Below, piece after piece: positions 29,308-38,629 of a stretch of 64,000 nt of DNA; position 1 is the stretch's first letter; each line of letters starts with the position of its first letter. The stretch comes from an uncultured Solirubrobacterales bacterium (lineage in GTDB: Bacteria; Actinomycetota; Thermoleophilia; Solirubrobacterales; Solirubrobacteraceae): NCBI GenBank assembly GCA_963796885.1, contig CAWCNP010000023.1, positions 101,031 to 165,030 of the forward strand. Direction: 5' to 3'. Made by a program: the position numbers and the translations under genes. Under the pieces are notes generated by a model that saw only the letters and a list, made by a program, of their open reading frames with translations, was not told the origin of the DNA and ran no database searches.

Positions 29308-30266
29308 CGCCCCTCCAGTCCGTCGAAGGCCATCGCCGCGGCGCCGATCATGCCCGCCTCGACGCCGAACCGGGCGGCCACGATCCGCACCTCGTCGCGT
29401 GACGGCGGCAGCGCACGCTCGGCGACAACGGCGCGCGCGGGCGCCAGCAGCAGCTCGCCGGCGGCGATCACCCCACCGCCGATGACGACCACCTCGGGAT
29501 TGAAGATGTTGACGAAGCTGGCGATGGCCACGCCGAGACGGCTCCCGATCAGCTCGATCACCCCGAGCGCCGCCTCATCGCCATCGTGGGCCAGCTCGGT
29601 GACCAGGGGCCCGACGAGCTCACGACCTTCGGCCAGGGCCTTGCCGAGGCCGGAGTCGGGCTGCTCGCCGGCCACCCGCAGCGCCTCGCGGGCCAGCGCG
29701 GTGCCCGAGGCCAGCGACTCGACGCAGCCGCGGTTAGGGCAGTTGCCCTGGCAACGCGGCCCATCCATGTCGATCACGACGTGACCGAGCTCGGCCGCCG
29801 CTCCCACCGAGCCGCGGTACACGCGACCGCCGAGGATCAGTCCGCCGCCGATCCCGGTGCCGATGGTCAGCAAGACGGCCTCGCTGGCACCCCGCGCGGC
29901 GCCGGCGCGATGCTCGGCCAGCGCAGCCAGATTGGCGTCGTTGTCGACGAACACCGGCATCTCCAGCCGCTCGGCCATCACATCGCCGAAGGCGACGTCG
30001 TGCAGGGGCAGATTCACGGCAATCACGCCGGTGCCGGTACGCTGATCGATCAGACACGGAATCCCGAAACCGACAGCGGCGATCTCGCCCCCCACCGCTT
30101 CACGCGTTTCCATGACTGCATCAACGGCGGTGTCGAGAAGCGCGGACTGGTCGAGACCTGCCACTGAGCGCTGAGCGCGGTGACGGACGCCCAACCCCAC
30201 GTCCACCGCGCCGGCGAGCAGCTTGGTCCCGCCCATGTCGACGCCGATGGTGCGGCGGGCCGGCAT
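29292..30266 (-). CDS. ROK family sugar kinase (glucokinase-like)
   Basis: 'GVDMGGTK', 'DNDANLAALAE', 'GTGIGGG', 'ELGH', Cys cluster. Confidence 0.92.
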   Translation of the reverse strand: MPARRTIGVDMGGTKLLAGAVDVGLGVRHRAQRSVAGLDQSALLDTAVDAVMETREAVGGEIAAVGFGIPCLIDQRTGTGVIAVNLPLHDVAFGDVMAERLEMPVFVDNDANLAALAEHRAGAARGASEAVLLTIGTGIGGGLILGGRVYRGSVGAAAELGHVVIDMDGPRCQGNCPNRGCVESLASGTALAREALRVAGEQPDSGLGKALAEGRELVGPLVTELAHDGDEAALGVIELIGSRLGVAIASFVNIFNPEVVVIGGGVIAAGELLLAPARAVVAERALPPSRDEVRIVAARFGVEAGMIGAAAMAFDGLEGRWPAD

Positions 30267-30289
30267 GTCGTCACTATATGAGCTAGCGA

Positions 30290-31387
30290 ATGCCAAGCAA
30301 CACCGAGCAACCCCCCTACAAGCTCTATCGCTCCGGCCCGCGTGGCCTACGCGCGCGGCTCCGCGGCGAGGAGGACATCTTCGAGCCGGGCGGCTCAGGG
30401 CGCGACCGCGACCCGAGCCAGCCTGGCGACGGGCACCGCGACGGCTGGGCCATCGCCCGCCGCGTGCTCAAGTGGGTGGCCATCGCGATCGTGGCCTGGC
30501 TGCTCCTCTCCCTGGTGCTGTTCATCATCAGCGCCCAGATCGAGCAGGGCAACCTGCCGAACTCGGCCAAGGCGGCGCTCACCTCGGGCGGCAACATGCT
30601 GACCTCGACCGACACGATCCTGATCATCGGCACCGACCAGCGGCCAAAGGGGTCCAAGGAACCCGGCGCCAACACCAATGACGCCGGCAGCCGCTCGGAC
30701 ACCCTGATGCTGTGGCGAATCGGTGGCGGCACCTCGCGCCGGCTCTCGATCCCGCGCGACACGGTGGCCGAGATTCCCGGTCACGGCATGAGCAAGATCA
30801 ACGCCGCATACGCGTATGGCGGTCCCGCCCTGACGATCCGCACGGTCGAGAACTTCACCGGGATCAAGATCAACCACGTGATCGTGGTCAATCTCGCGGC
30901 CTTCCCCCAGTTCATCAACGCGATCGGCGGGATCGACATCCACACCGGGCGCATCTGCTCGGTGATCAGCGGCGGCATCAAGAACGGCGGCTTCCAGCTG
31001 TTCCTCAAGCCCGGCGAGCATCACCTCAACGGCCAGCAGGCCCTGGTGCTGGCGCGGACGCGCGAGAACCGGTGCAACCCGGCCGAGAACGACCTCACGC
31101 GCGCCCTGCGCCAGCAGCAAATCCTCAACGCGGTCAAGTCGCAGCTGCTCGCGCCTTCGACATTCTTCCGCCTTCCGCTCGCCTCGTGGGACGCCCCCAA
31201 GGTGCTGCGTACCGACATGGGTGGTTTCACGCTGCTGACGCTGTTCGCCGCCTCCGAGCTCGGCGGCTCAGCCCCGACTGATGTGCTCAAGCCCACCGGG
31301 GCGACGACGCTGCCCGACGGCGAGTCGGCGCTCACGGTCAGCCCGCAGGACGTGCACAGCGCGCTGGCGAAGCTGATGCACGGCTAG
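30290..31387 (+). CDS. LCP (LytR-CpsA-Psr) family glycopolymer transferase
   Basis: TM helix; 'LIIGTDQR', 'RSDTLML', 'SIPRD', 'KINAAYAYGG', 'R..RQQ'. Confidence 0.93.
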   Translation: MPSNTEQPPYKLYRSGPRGLRARLRGEEDIFEPGGSGRDRDPSQPGDGHRDGWAIARRVLKWVAIAIVAWLLLSLVLFIISAQIEQGNLPNSAKAALTSGGNMLTSTDTILIIGTDQRPKGSKEPGANTNDAGSRSDTLMLWRIGGGTSRRLSIPRDTVAEIPGHGMSKINAAYAYGGPALTIRTVENFTGIKINHVIVVNLAAFPQFINAIGGIDIHTGRICSVISGGIKNGGFQLFLKPGEHHLNGQQALVLARTRENRCNPAENDLTRALRQQQILNAVKSQLLAPSTFFRLPLASWDAPKVLRTDMGGFTLLTLFAASELGGSAPTDVLKPTGATTLPDGESALTVSPQDVHSALAKLMHG

Positions 31388-31422
31388 CGTGCCGCTGGAT
31401 CCAGGCCTTCCCGGCCGCCGGG

Positions 31423-31767
31423 CTAATCCGACGACTTCGACGACGACGAGGCCTTGGCCTCGGTCTTGGAGCTGCTCTTAGAATCCGAAGAGGAGGAGGA
31501 GTCAGACTTCGAGGAGTCCGACTTGGAGGCGCCACCGTCGTCCTTCTTGCCCGACCCCTCGGCGGCCTCCTTGAGCTCGCGCGAGCGCTTCCGGGTCCCG
31601 TAGTCGGTGTTGTAGAAGCCCTTGCCCTTGAAGTGGACGGCGACCGGGTGGAACACGCGCTCGACCGGCGCATCGCAGGTCTGGCAGCTGACCACCGGAT
31701 CGTCGGTCATGCGCTGCATCACCTCGAACGTGTGACCCTGTTCGCAGCGATACTCGTAGATCGGCAT
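31423..31767 (-). CDS. FmdB family zinc-ribbon protein with Ser/Lys-rich tail
   Basis: 'MPIYEYRC..GHTFE...CQTC', 'FKGKGFYNTDY'. Confidence 0.9.
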   Translation of the reverse strand: MPIYEYRCEQGHTFEVMQRMTDDPVVSCQTCDAPVERVFHPVAVHFKGKGFYNTDYGTRKRSRELKEAAEGSGKKDDGGASKSDSSKSDSSSSSDSKSSSKTEAKASSSSKSSD

Positions 31768-31794
31768 TGCTTTACCAAGTATAGCCTCGGGGTT

Positions 31795-31821
31795 CTGGCA
31801 CTCTCAACCTACGAGTGCCAA
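31795..31821. promoter_or_regulatory. CIRCE element (HrcA operator)
   Basis: CTGGCACTC-N9-GAGTGCCAA versus consensus TTAGCACTC-N9-GAGTGCTAA. It overlaps the -35 of a minus-strand TTGAGA-N18-TATACT promoter. Confidence 0.88.
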
Positions 31822-31885
31822 GCGGGCGCGACCATGCACGGGCCACAGCACCACCGATAGCCCCCGGCTACCATCGGCCGCTCGA

Positions 31886-33271
31886 ATGGCTACCGACGTC
31901 GTCACGATGGACAAGATCGTCTCGCTGTGCAAGCGGCGCGGCTTCGTGTTCCCGAGCAGCGAGATCTACGGCGGCCTGGGCTCGAGCTACGACTACGGCC
32001 ACTACGGCGTACTGCTCAAGAACAACGTCAAGAACCGGTGGTGGCGGGCGATGCTCCAGGAGCGTGACGACATCGTGGCGCTCGACTCGGCGATCATCCA
32101 GCACCCGCGGACGTGGCTGGCCAGCGGCCATCTGGCCGGCTTCACCGACCCGCTGGTCGACTGCCGAACCTGCAAGCTGCGCTTCCGCGCCGACCACATC
32201 GATCAGGCCCAGTGTGGCCGCAAGCCGTCGAAGCACCCCGGCGAGACGCCCGACTGTGACCTGACCGAAGCGCGCGAGTTCAATCTGATGTTCGAGACCA
32301 GCGTCGGGCCGGTCAAGGACGAGGGCTCGACGGTCTACCTCCGACCCGAGACGGCGCAGGGGATATTCCTCAACTTCAAGAACTACCTCCAGTTCTCGCG
32401 CAAGAAGCCGCCGTTCGGGATCGCCCAGATCGGCAAGAGCTTCCGCAACGAGATCACCCCGGGGAACTTCATCTTTCGCACCCGCGAGTTCGAGCAGATG
32501 GAGATGGAGTTCTTCGTGCCGCCCGATCAGGCGCCGAACTGGTTCGAGCACTGGTGCGAGCAGCGCACGAAGTGGTACATCGAGCACGGGATCCGGCCGG
32601 AGCAACTCCGCCTGCGGCCACACGACGCCGACGAGCTGTCGCACTACTCGAGCGCGACGAGCGACATCGAGTACCTGTTTCCGTCCACCGGCGGCCACGC
32701 GGGCGGAGCCCGGTGGAGCGAGCTCGAGGGAATCGCCAACCGCGGCGACTTCGACCTCAAGCAACACGCCGAGCATTCCGGGCAGAAGCTCGAGTACGTC
32801 GACACCGCCACCGGCGAGCGCTACGTCCCCCACGTGATCGAGCCGGCGGCGGGCGCCGACCGCGCGATGCTGGCCTTCCTCGTGGATGCCTACGACGAGG
32901 ACGAGATCGAGGGCGAGACGCGGACCGTGCTCCGGCTGCACCCGCTGCTGGCCCCGGTCAAGGTCGCCGTGCTACCGCTGGTCAAGCGCGACGGCCAGCC
33001 CGACCTGGCGACCGACGTCTACCGCATGCTGCGCGATCGCGTGCAGGCGGAGTACGACGAGGGCGGCGCCATCGGCCGGCGCTACCGCCGCCAGGACGAG
33101 ATCGGCACCCCGTGGGCAGTGACGATCGACGGCCAGTCGATGATTGACAGGACGGTGACCCTGCGCGACCGCGACAGCCTAGCTCAGGATCGGATCGCCA
33201 TCGATGCCCTCGCCGACGAGATCGAGCACCGGCTGCGCGCCCCCTGGCGGACGCCGAAACAGTCCGCCTGA
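31886..33271 (+). CDS. glyQS: Glycine--tRNA ligase (alpha2 type)
   Basis: 'KRRGFVFPSSEIYGG', 'LRPETAQGIF', 'GKSFRNEI', 'TREFEQME', 'GRRYRRQDEIGTP'. Confidence 0.97.
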   Translation: MATDVVTMDKIVSLCKRRGFVFPSSEIYGGLGSSYDYGHYGVLLKNNVKNRWWRAMLQERDDIVALDSAIIQHPRTWLASGHLAGFTDPLVDCRTCKLRFRADHIDQAQCGRKPSKHPGETPDCDLTEAREFNLMFETSVGPVKDEGSTVYLRPETAQGIFLNFKNYLQFSRKKPPFGIAQIGKSFRNEITPGNFIFRTREFEQMEMEFFVPPDQAPNWFEHWCEQRTKWYIEHGIRPEQLRLRPHDADELSHYSSATSDIEYLFPSTGGHAGGARWSELEGIANRGDFDLKQHAEHSGQKLEYVDTATGERYVPHVIEPAAGADRAMLAFLVDAYDEDEIEGETRTVLRLHPLLAPVKVAVLPLVKRDGQPDLATDVYRMLRDRVQAEYDEGGAIGRRYRRQDEIGTPWAVTIDGQSMIDRTVTLRDRDSLAQDRIAIDALADEIEHRLRAPWRTPKQSA

Positions 33272-33278
33272 CGCCTGG

Positions 33279-33494
33279 CTAGCGAGGACGCATGCGCGGC
33301 TTGGCCTCTCGTCCGCGCGGCTTGGGCCGTCGCGCGCGAGGCCGGCGCCGTCCCACCAGCCAGCTGATCGCGCAGACGACGAGCGCCACGAGGGCCACGA
33401 TCGCCACGATCGCCCACCCCGGCGAGACGAGCACGACGACGACCGCCACGAGCACCGCCGCGGCCACATCGACGAGCAGAGGAGCCCGGCTCAC
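33279..33494 (-). CDS. Small membrane protein, last gene of the dprE operon
   Basis: Two hydrophobic segments and a basic tail; GTGA overlap with the dprE2 stop. Confidence 0.6.
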   Translation of the reverse strand: MSRAPLLVDVAAAVLVAVVVVLVSPGWAIVAIVALVALVVCAISWLVGRRRPRARRPKPRGREAKPRMRPR

Positions 33495-34246
33495 AGCGGG
33501 AGCCTCCGGTAGAGCGGGCGCGGCAGGTGACGCAGCACGGAGAACAGCGGACGCAGGCTGCCGGGAACCCAGATCGTGTGGGCACCCGTGTCGAGCCCGC
33601 GCACGGTGGCCCGGGCCACCACCTCGGGGGTCGTGCTCAGCGGCGCGGGCCGGAGGCCGGCGGTCATCCGCGTCTTGACAAACCCGGGGCGGACGACGAG
33701 CACGCGCACCCGGCTCGACGTGTTCGCGTCGGCCAGCCCCTGAGCCAGCGCGTCGAGGCCGGCCTTGGCGGCACCGTAGATCGGATTGGCGGCTCGCGGC
33801 CGCTCCGCCGCCACACTCGAGAGCACGACGAGCGTCCCGTACCCCTGGTCCCGGAGCGCGCGCAGGCAGTGCAACAGCAGCGAGCCGGCGCCGAGAAACG
33901 TGACCCGCATCACCTCGACCGCCTGGTCCGGGTCGGCGTCCAGGCCTTCCTGACCGCCGAGCATGCCGACCGCGACGACGATTACCTCGAACCCACCGGC
34001 CTGCGCGAAGGCGTTGGCCACCGCAACCTGGTGCCCGTCGGGGTCATCGGCGTCGACCACGCCGATCGTCCCCGGAGCGCATCCACTCCGCTCGAGCTGG
34101 CCCATCGCCGACTCCATACGGCCGCGATCTCGGCCGATCAGGAACGCCCGCGTCGGCTCCTGCGCCGCCATCCGGCAGCCGATGGCGACTCCGATCTCAG
34201 AGCTCCCGCCGACGATCAGGAGCCTCCGGGGCGTGGTCGTGCTCAT
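33491..34246 (-). CDS. dprE2: DprE2-like SDR reductase
   Basis: 'GGSSEIG', 'SSVAAER.R.AN.IYGAAK', 'VRPGFVKTRMT'; coupled to dprE1. Confidence 0.85.
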   Translation of the reverse strand: MSTTTPRRLLIVGGSSEIGVAIGCRMAAQEPTRAFLIGRDRGRMESAMGQLERSGCAPGTIGVVDADDPDGHQVAVANAFAQAGGFEVIVVAVGMLGGQEGLDADPDQAVEVMRVTFLGAGSLLLHCLRALRDQGYGTLVVLSSVAAERPRAANPIYGAAKAGLDALAQGLADANTSSRVRVLVVRPGFVKTRMTAGLRPAPLSTTPEVVARATVRGLDTGAHTIWVPGSLRPLFSVLRHLPRPLYRRLPL

Positions 34247-35619
34247 GGCGCCACCAGCCCGGTGCGCAGACCAAGATCAGAACGCCACACGCAGGCGGGA
34301 TCGGCCGCGTCGCGGACCTCCCGCCACTCCACCAGGCGCGGGTACATGGCCTCGACCATCTCGGCGCGTAGCCGCGCGTCTTTGGTCAGGTACACGCGCC
34401 CACCCGCGCCGGCGACCAATTCGTCGCAGCGGTCGAGCGCCTCGAACAGCCCCGGAGTGGCTCGCGGCACGTCGAGGGTCAGCGTCCATCCGGCTATCGG
34501 GAACGACAGCGGCGCCTGGTTGGCTTCTCCGAAGTCCTTGAGCACGGCCAGGAAACACGGAATCCCGGCCGACCGGACCTCGCGGATCACCGCTTCGAGC
34601 ACCTGATGACGGCCGGTGGGAACGACGAACTGGTACTGGAGGAACCCGTGCCGGCCGTAGAGCCGCGGCCACGAGTCGAGGACGTCGAGCGGGAACAGGT
34701 GGTGGCCAAGCGCCTCGAGGCGCCCACGCTGACGCCTGGGCGTGCGGCGGAAGCGCAGCTCGTTGAAGGCCCTGACCGTGCTCGGTCGCAGCGTTCCCCC
34801 GGGCCAGCGATCGGGCACCGCGGCCCGCGCCCGGACCGTGGGCCGTGCGCTCAAGTGCGACGGCACCGCGTCGGCCGGGGCGTGCTCGGCGCGCGTCACG
34901 GTGCCGCGGATCAAACGCGGGGCGAGGAGGTCGAGCCAGGCCACGCGATACGTGCCTCCGGGTTCGGTCAGGGCACTGAGAACGGCGTCGAGGTCCTCGC
35001 CGCGATCGCTGTCGACGACCATTACGGCGCTGCTGACGGGGTTCAGCGCGATCCTGGCCCACATGATCACCCCGGTCAGCCCCATCCCACCGACAGTGGC
35101 GTCAAACAGAGGCGAGCCGGGCCCACACTGCACGGTCTCACCGTTCGCGGTGAACAGTCCGATGGCCTGCACATGGTGGCCGAAGGTCCCGGCGGTGCCG
35201 TGGTTCTTGCCGTGTATGTCGCTGGCGATCGCGCCGCCGACGGTCACGTGTTGCGTCCCAGGGACCACCGGCACCATCCAGCCAAGTGGTACGGCCGCGT
35301 CGAGCAACGAGCCGAGGCTCGCCCCCGCCTGCGCCGTCACCGTGCCCGCCTCGAGGTCGAACTCGAAGCCGCCAAAGCCATTCATGTCGAGTACGAACCC
35401 ACCGGTCAGCTGGGCGGCGTCACCGTAGCTGCGACCAAGACCGCGGGCAATCGCCGCCCCAGCGCCCGGCGCACGCAGTTCGCCGAGGGCACCGTCCAGC
35501 TCATCGGGATCGTTCGGGCGTAGCACAGTCACCGGCGCGGGCTCCCCGCCTCCCCAGCCGGTCAGGAGCGCCGCCTCGCCGGTCGGCGCCCGCGTCCGGG
35601 TGATCGTCTCAGGCGGCAT
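34243..35619 (-). CDS. dprE1: DprE1-like FAD oxidoreductase
   Basis: 'ARGLGRSYGDAA', 'PGTQHVTVGGAIASDIHGKNH', 'GGMGLTG', 'GFLQYQ', 'LSFP', 'GRVYLTKD'. Confidence 0.9.
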   Translation of the reverse strand: MPPETITRTRAPTGEAALLTGWGGGEPAPVTVLRPNDPDELDGALGELRAPGAGAAIARGLGRSYGDAAQLTGGFVLDMNGFGGFEFDLEAGTVTAQAGASLGSLLDAAVPLGWMVPVVPGTQHVTVGGAIASDIHGKNHGTAGTFGHHVQAIGLFTANGETVQCGPGSPLFDATVGGMGLTGVIMWARIALNPVSSAVMVVDSDRGEDLDAVLSALTEPGGTYRVAWLDLLAPRLIRGTVTRAEHAPADAVPSHLSARPTVRARAAVPDRWPGGTLRPSTVRAFNELRFRRTPRRQRGRLEALGHHLFPLDVLDSWPRLYGRHGFLQYQFVVPTGRHQVLEAVIREVRSAGIPCFLAVLKDFGEANQAPLSFPIAGWTLTLDVPRATPGLFEALDRCDELVAGAGGRVYLTKDARLRAEMVEAMYPRLVEWREVRDAADPACVWRSDLGLRTGLVAP

Positions 35620-36523
35620 TGACGCTGAGGGCGAACAGGATGAGCCACACGAGCCCGGCCAGTTGGAGGCGCCGATCCTTGAGCACGATGTCTTCCGGTG
35701 CCTCGCCGCCGCCGGCCTGTATCACGGCTCCGTAGCGAGCCAGGCAGATCGCGAACGGAACGATGGTCAACGGTCGCCAGGGAATGCCGTCGATGCTCGG
35801 CAACTGGAACGCCCACACGCTGTAGGCGAACAGCGCCGCCGTGGCGCTGAGGATCAACAGCAGCCGCAGGCTCCTGTCGGTGTAGAGCGCCAGCACGCGC
35901 CGTCCCGACCCGCCGTCGCGGCTCGAGCGCGCCAGCTCGGAGCGGCGCTTGCCAGCGGCGACGAACAGCGCTGCGAAGCTGATGACCAATACGAACCAGC
36001 GAGACAGGGTGACCGGAGCGGCAACACCGCCGGCCAGGGCCCTGAGGACAAAGCCGCCGGCGATGGCGGTGATGTCGAGCAAGGCCACCCGGCGCCAGAA
36101 CATCGTGTAGGAGAGCGTGAGGGCCAGGTAGGCGACCCCGACCACAGCGAGCAACGGTCGCACGGCGTAGCAGGCGACGATGCCGACCGAGATCAGGGTG
36201 ATGCCGAGCGCCACCGCGGTGCCGGGCTTGATCTCGCCGGCAGCCACAGGCCGCAAGCGCTTCACCGGATGGCGCCTGTCCTCGGCCGCATCGTGGACAT
36301 CGTTGAGGGCGTACAGACCGGAGGCGAGCAGGCAGAAGGCCAGACCGGCGACCGTCACGCGGCCCGGCACATCATCGTGCGTGAGCGCTCCGGCAGCGCC
36401 GGCCGCCGCGATCACCAGCACGTTCTTCATCCACTGGCGCGGACGCATCGTCGCCACGACGGCGTGCACACGCCGGTAGCGCGCAGGCGTGCGCACCGCA
36501 GCAGCGCTACCTCCGCCAGACAT
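35609..36523 (-). CDS. Decaprenyl-phosphate phosphoribosyltransferase (UbiA family, Rv3806c-like)
   Basis: 'RPRQWMKN', 'NDVHDAAEDRRHPVKRLRPVAAG', 'GFVLRA', 'KRRSEL', 'GEAPE'; multiple TM helices. Confidence 0.9.
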   Translation of the reverse strand: MSGGGSAAAVRTPARYRRVHAVVATMRPRQWMKNVLVIAAAGAAGALTHDDVPGRVTVAGLAFCLLASGLYALNDVHDAAEDRRHPVKRLRPVAAGEIKPGTAVALGITLISVGIVACYAVRPLLAVVGVAYLALTLSYTMFWRRVALLDITAIAGGFVLRALAGGVAAPVTLSRWFVLVISFAALFVAAGKRRSELARSSRDGGSGRRVLALYTDRSLRLLLILSATAALFAYSVWAFQLPSIDGIPWRPLTIVPFAICLARYGAVIQAGGGEAPEDIVLKDRRLQLAGLVWLILFALSVNAA

Positions 36524-36630
36524 ACGCCCACGCTAGGAATCGTTTCTGAACCGAAGCTGTACGCTGGATGAGAACCCCCTCAGCGTTCCTTTAGCCCTGC
36601 CTGCAGGCTTCGCATCAAGGTTACGCCGTA

Positions 36631-37812
36631 ATGCTCACTCCGACTAGAGCAACCGAGCGCCCGGGCCAGTCCGCCTCCGAGGCCTGGCGCCCACCGCCGG
36701 CGCCCCCGAGTCGTGCTCGGCGCCTGCGCCGAATTGCCGCGATCGCCGCCGCGCTGTGCCTGATACCCGTCGTCGTGTCCTACGTGCAGGCGATCACAGA
36801 GCGGTCGGACTCGAGCCTCGGCATCCGCACCGTCGAGTGGCTGCGTGACAACGGCGCACGGGGGCTGGTCAACAAGGTCGAAAACATCTACTACTCGCTC
36901 AATGCCCCCGCCACTGGCGGTCCGGCACTGCATTCGCTGCCCAACCAGCCCGGCGTGGTGGCGGCACCGGTCCATCGCCAGGTGGTCGCCTACTACCACC
37001 CGCCCCGCATACGCCCGCTGCTCCATCCGGCGCTGCGTGGAGAGGGGGTCTGGCGCCCAACCTTCGCGGATGGCGGTTCGCACCCGCCGGTGCTCGTGAC
37101 GAGCTTCCGCAGCGATCCGAACTACCCGCAGATGGTTGCCGGCGTCGCCTGGATCGACCACAAGCAGACGACAACATGGCTGTATCCGGGCATCCAGGAG
37201 CCGGCCGTGTCGCTGCCCTCACGCGGGCCCGAGGAGGTCCCGACGTCGATGCGTCACCGGCTGGTGGCCACGTTCAACAGTGGGTTCAAGCTCGCCGATT
37301 CGCGCGGCGGCTATGCCCAGGGCGGACACACGTACTCGCCGATGCAGCCGCAGATGGCGACGTTCATCCGCTACCGGAGCGGCCGGATCGACATCCGGTC
37401 GTGGTCGGGTGGGACCGATGCCGGCCCGGAGATCACCTACGCCCGCCAGAACCTCCCGCTGATCGTCAACCACGGCCGGCCGAATCCGAATCTGTCCGAT
37501 GGGCCTGAATGGGGGGCGACGCTGGGCAACGCGATTCGCGTGTGGCGCTCTGGCGTCGGGATCGACCGGCACGGCAACCTGATCTACGCCGCCGCCAACG
37601 ACCAGACCGTCGGCTCGCTGGCGGCGGTCCTGATCCGCGCTGGGGCCGTGCGGGCGATGGAGCTCGACATCAACACGTACTGGACGAGCTTCATCACCTA
37701 CCGGTATAGCGGTGCCCGCCGCGCGGCGAACCTGCTGGCCGACATGGACCGTCCCCCGGAGCGCTACCTGACGCCCGACGATCGCGACTTCTTCGCCGTC
37801 TATGTGAAGTAG
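36631..37812 (+). CDS. Membrane-anchored phosphodiester glycosidase (NAGPA-like) protein
   Basis: TM helix; 'ATFNSGF', 'RQNLPLIV', 'WRSGVG', 'AMELDIN', 'RDFF'. Confidence 0.8.
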   Translation: MLTPTRATERPGQSASEAWRPPPAPPSRARRLRRIAAIAAALCLIPVVVSYVQAITERSDSSLGIRTVEWLRDNGARGLVNKVENIYYSLNAPATGGPALHSLPNQPGVVAAPVHRQVVAYYHPPRIRPLLHPALRGEGVWRPTFADGGSHPPVLVTSFRSDPNYPQMVAGVAWIDHKQTTTWLYPGIQEPAVSLPSRGPEEVPTSMRHRLVATFNSGFKLADSRGGYAQGGHTYSPMQPQMATFIRYRSGRIDIRSWSGGTDAGPEITYARQNLPLIVNHGRPNPNLSDGPEWGATLGNAIRVWRSGVGIDRHGNLIYAAANDQTVGSLAAVLIRAGAVRAMELDINTYWTSFITYRYSGARRAANLLADMDRPPERYLTPDDRDFFAVYVK

Positions 37813-37818
37813 CTCGCC

Positions 37819-38475
37819 TCAGTGAACCCGGGCCGTGGCGCTGACCACGAACCCGTCCGTGGTCGGCCGGGCGCTGACCGCCTCGATCTCCACGTGGGGA
37901 TTGCTGAACAGCGTCAGCGTCGCGAACCCGCCGAGCGGGACGTCGGGGGCGACCAGCAGCTTTCCGTCGCGGGCCGCCACCGTGGCGTCGACCGTCGCCG
38001 TCACTCCGAACAGGGTCGCCGTCCCCCGTAATGTCAGCTGACCGTCGTTCGACGACACCGGGACCACGCTCTCGAGAAAGGGCGCCGCCGCGCGCAGGTC
38101 GGCCTCGGTCACTCGCGCCGATCCGGTGAGCTGATCGCCCCGCTTGCGCAGGGTGGCGTCGCGCAGGGTGAGCAGGCCCGCGCGCACCTCGGTGGCCGAG
38201 GCATCGAGCGAGCCGGCGTCGCCGGTCTGGCTGAGCGAGCTCCCGAGCGCCGGCGAGCTGGAGTGGTAATCACCCATCCGGATCACCACCCGATCGGCCT
38301 GGTGCCACAGGAGCTCGATGGCCGGGAAGGCGTGAACCTCGACGTGGAGCACGGTGCCGTTGTGCGACAGACGGTCGCGCAACTGCTGGGCGGCTATGCC
38401 CGGGAGGATGAGCTGCGCGAGCACGAGCAGTACGACAACGACGCCGACGATGCCGAGGACGATGATCCGACGCAT
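37819..38475 (-). CDS. DUF2993/LmeA-like protein
   Basis: N-terminal TM helix; 'VEVHAFPAIELL', 'ARVTEADL'; beta-rich C-terminus. Confidence 0.7.
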   Translation of the reverse strand: MRRIIVLGIVGVVVVLLVLAQLILPGIAAQQLRDRLSHNGTVLHVEVHAFPAIELLWHQADRVVIRMGDYHSSSPALGSSLSQTGDAGSLDASATEVRAGLLTLRDATLRKRGDQLTGSARVTEADLRAAAPFLESVVPVSSNDGQLTLRGTATLFGVTATVDATVAARDGKLLVAPDVPLGGFATLTLFSNPHVEIEAVSARPTTDGFVVSATARVH

Positions 38476-38533
38476 GGCCGACAACGTTACGGCTCACGAA
38501 GTTCTTAGCTTCGTATCTCGCGCTGCTTACACG

Positions 38534-38629
38534 GGCATCTACCACTACGTGGCCAAGCTCGAGTACCCGCACACAGTCGGCTGTTACCGCGGCACCCTGG
38601 CCAGTAGCGGGCTGCCGCCCGGACCCTAG
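38534..38629 (+). pseudogene. C-terminal remnant of a YHYH-domain gene
   Basis: The frame reads GIYHYVAKLEYPHTVGCYRGT...*, like the YHYH-family C-terminal motif, with no 5' part. Confidence 0.5.

Noticed and set aside
36575-36600. OmpR/MprA-type direct repeat between ubiA and the NAGPA-like gene
   Set aside because: Only a degenerate CCTCAG-N5-CTTTAG match; too weak to support.
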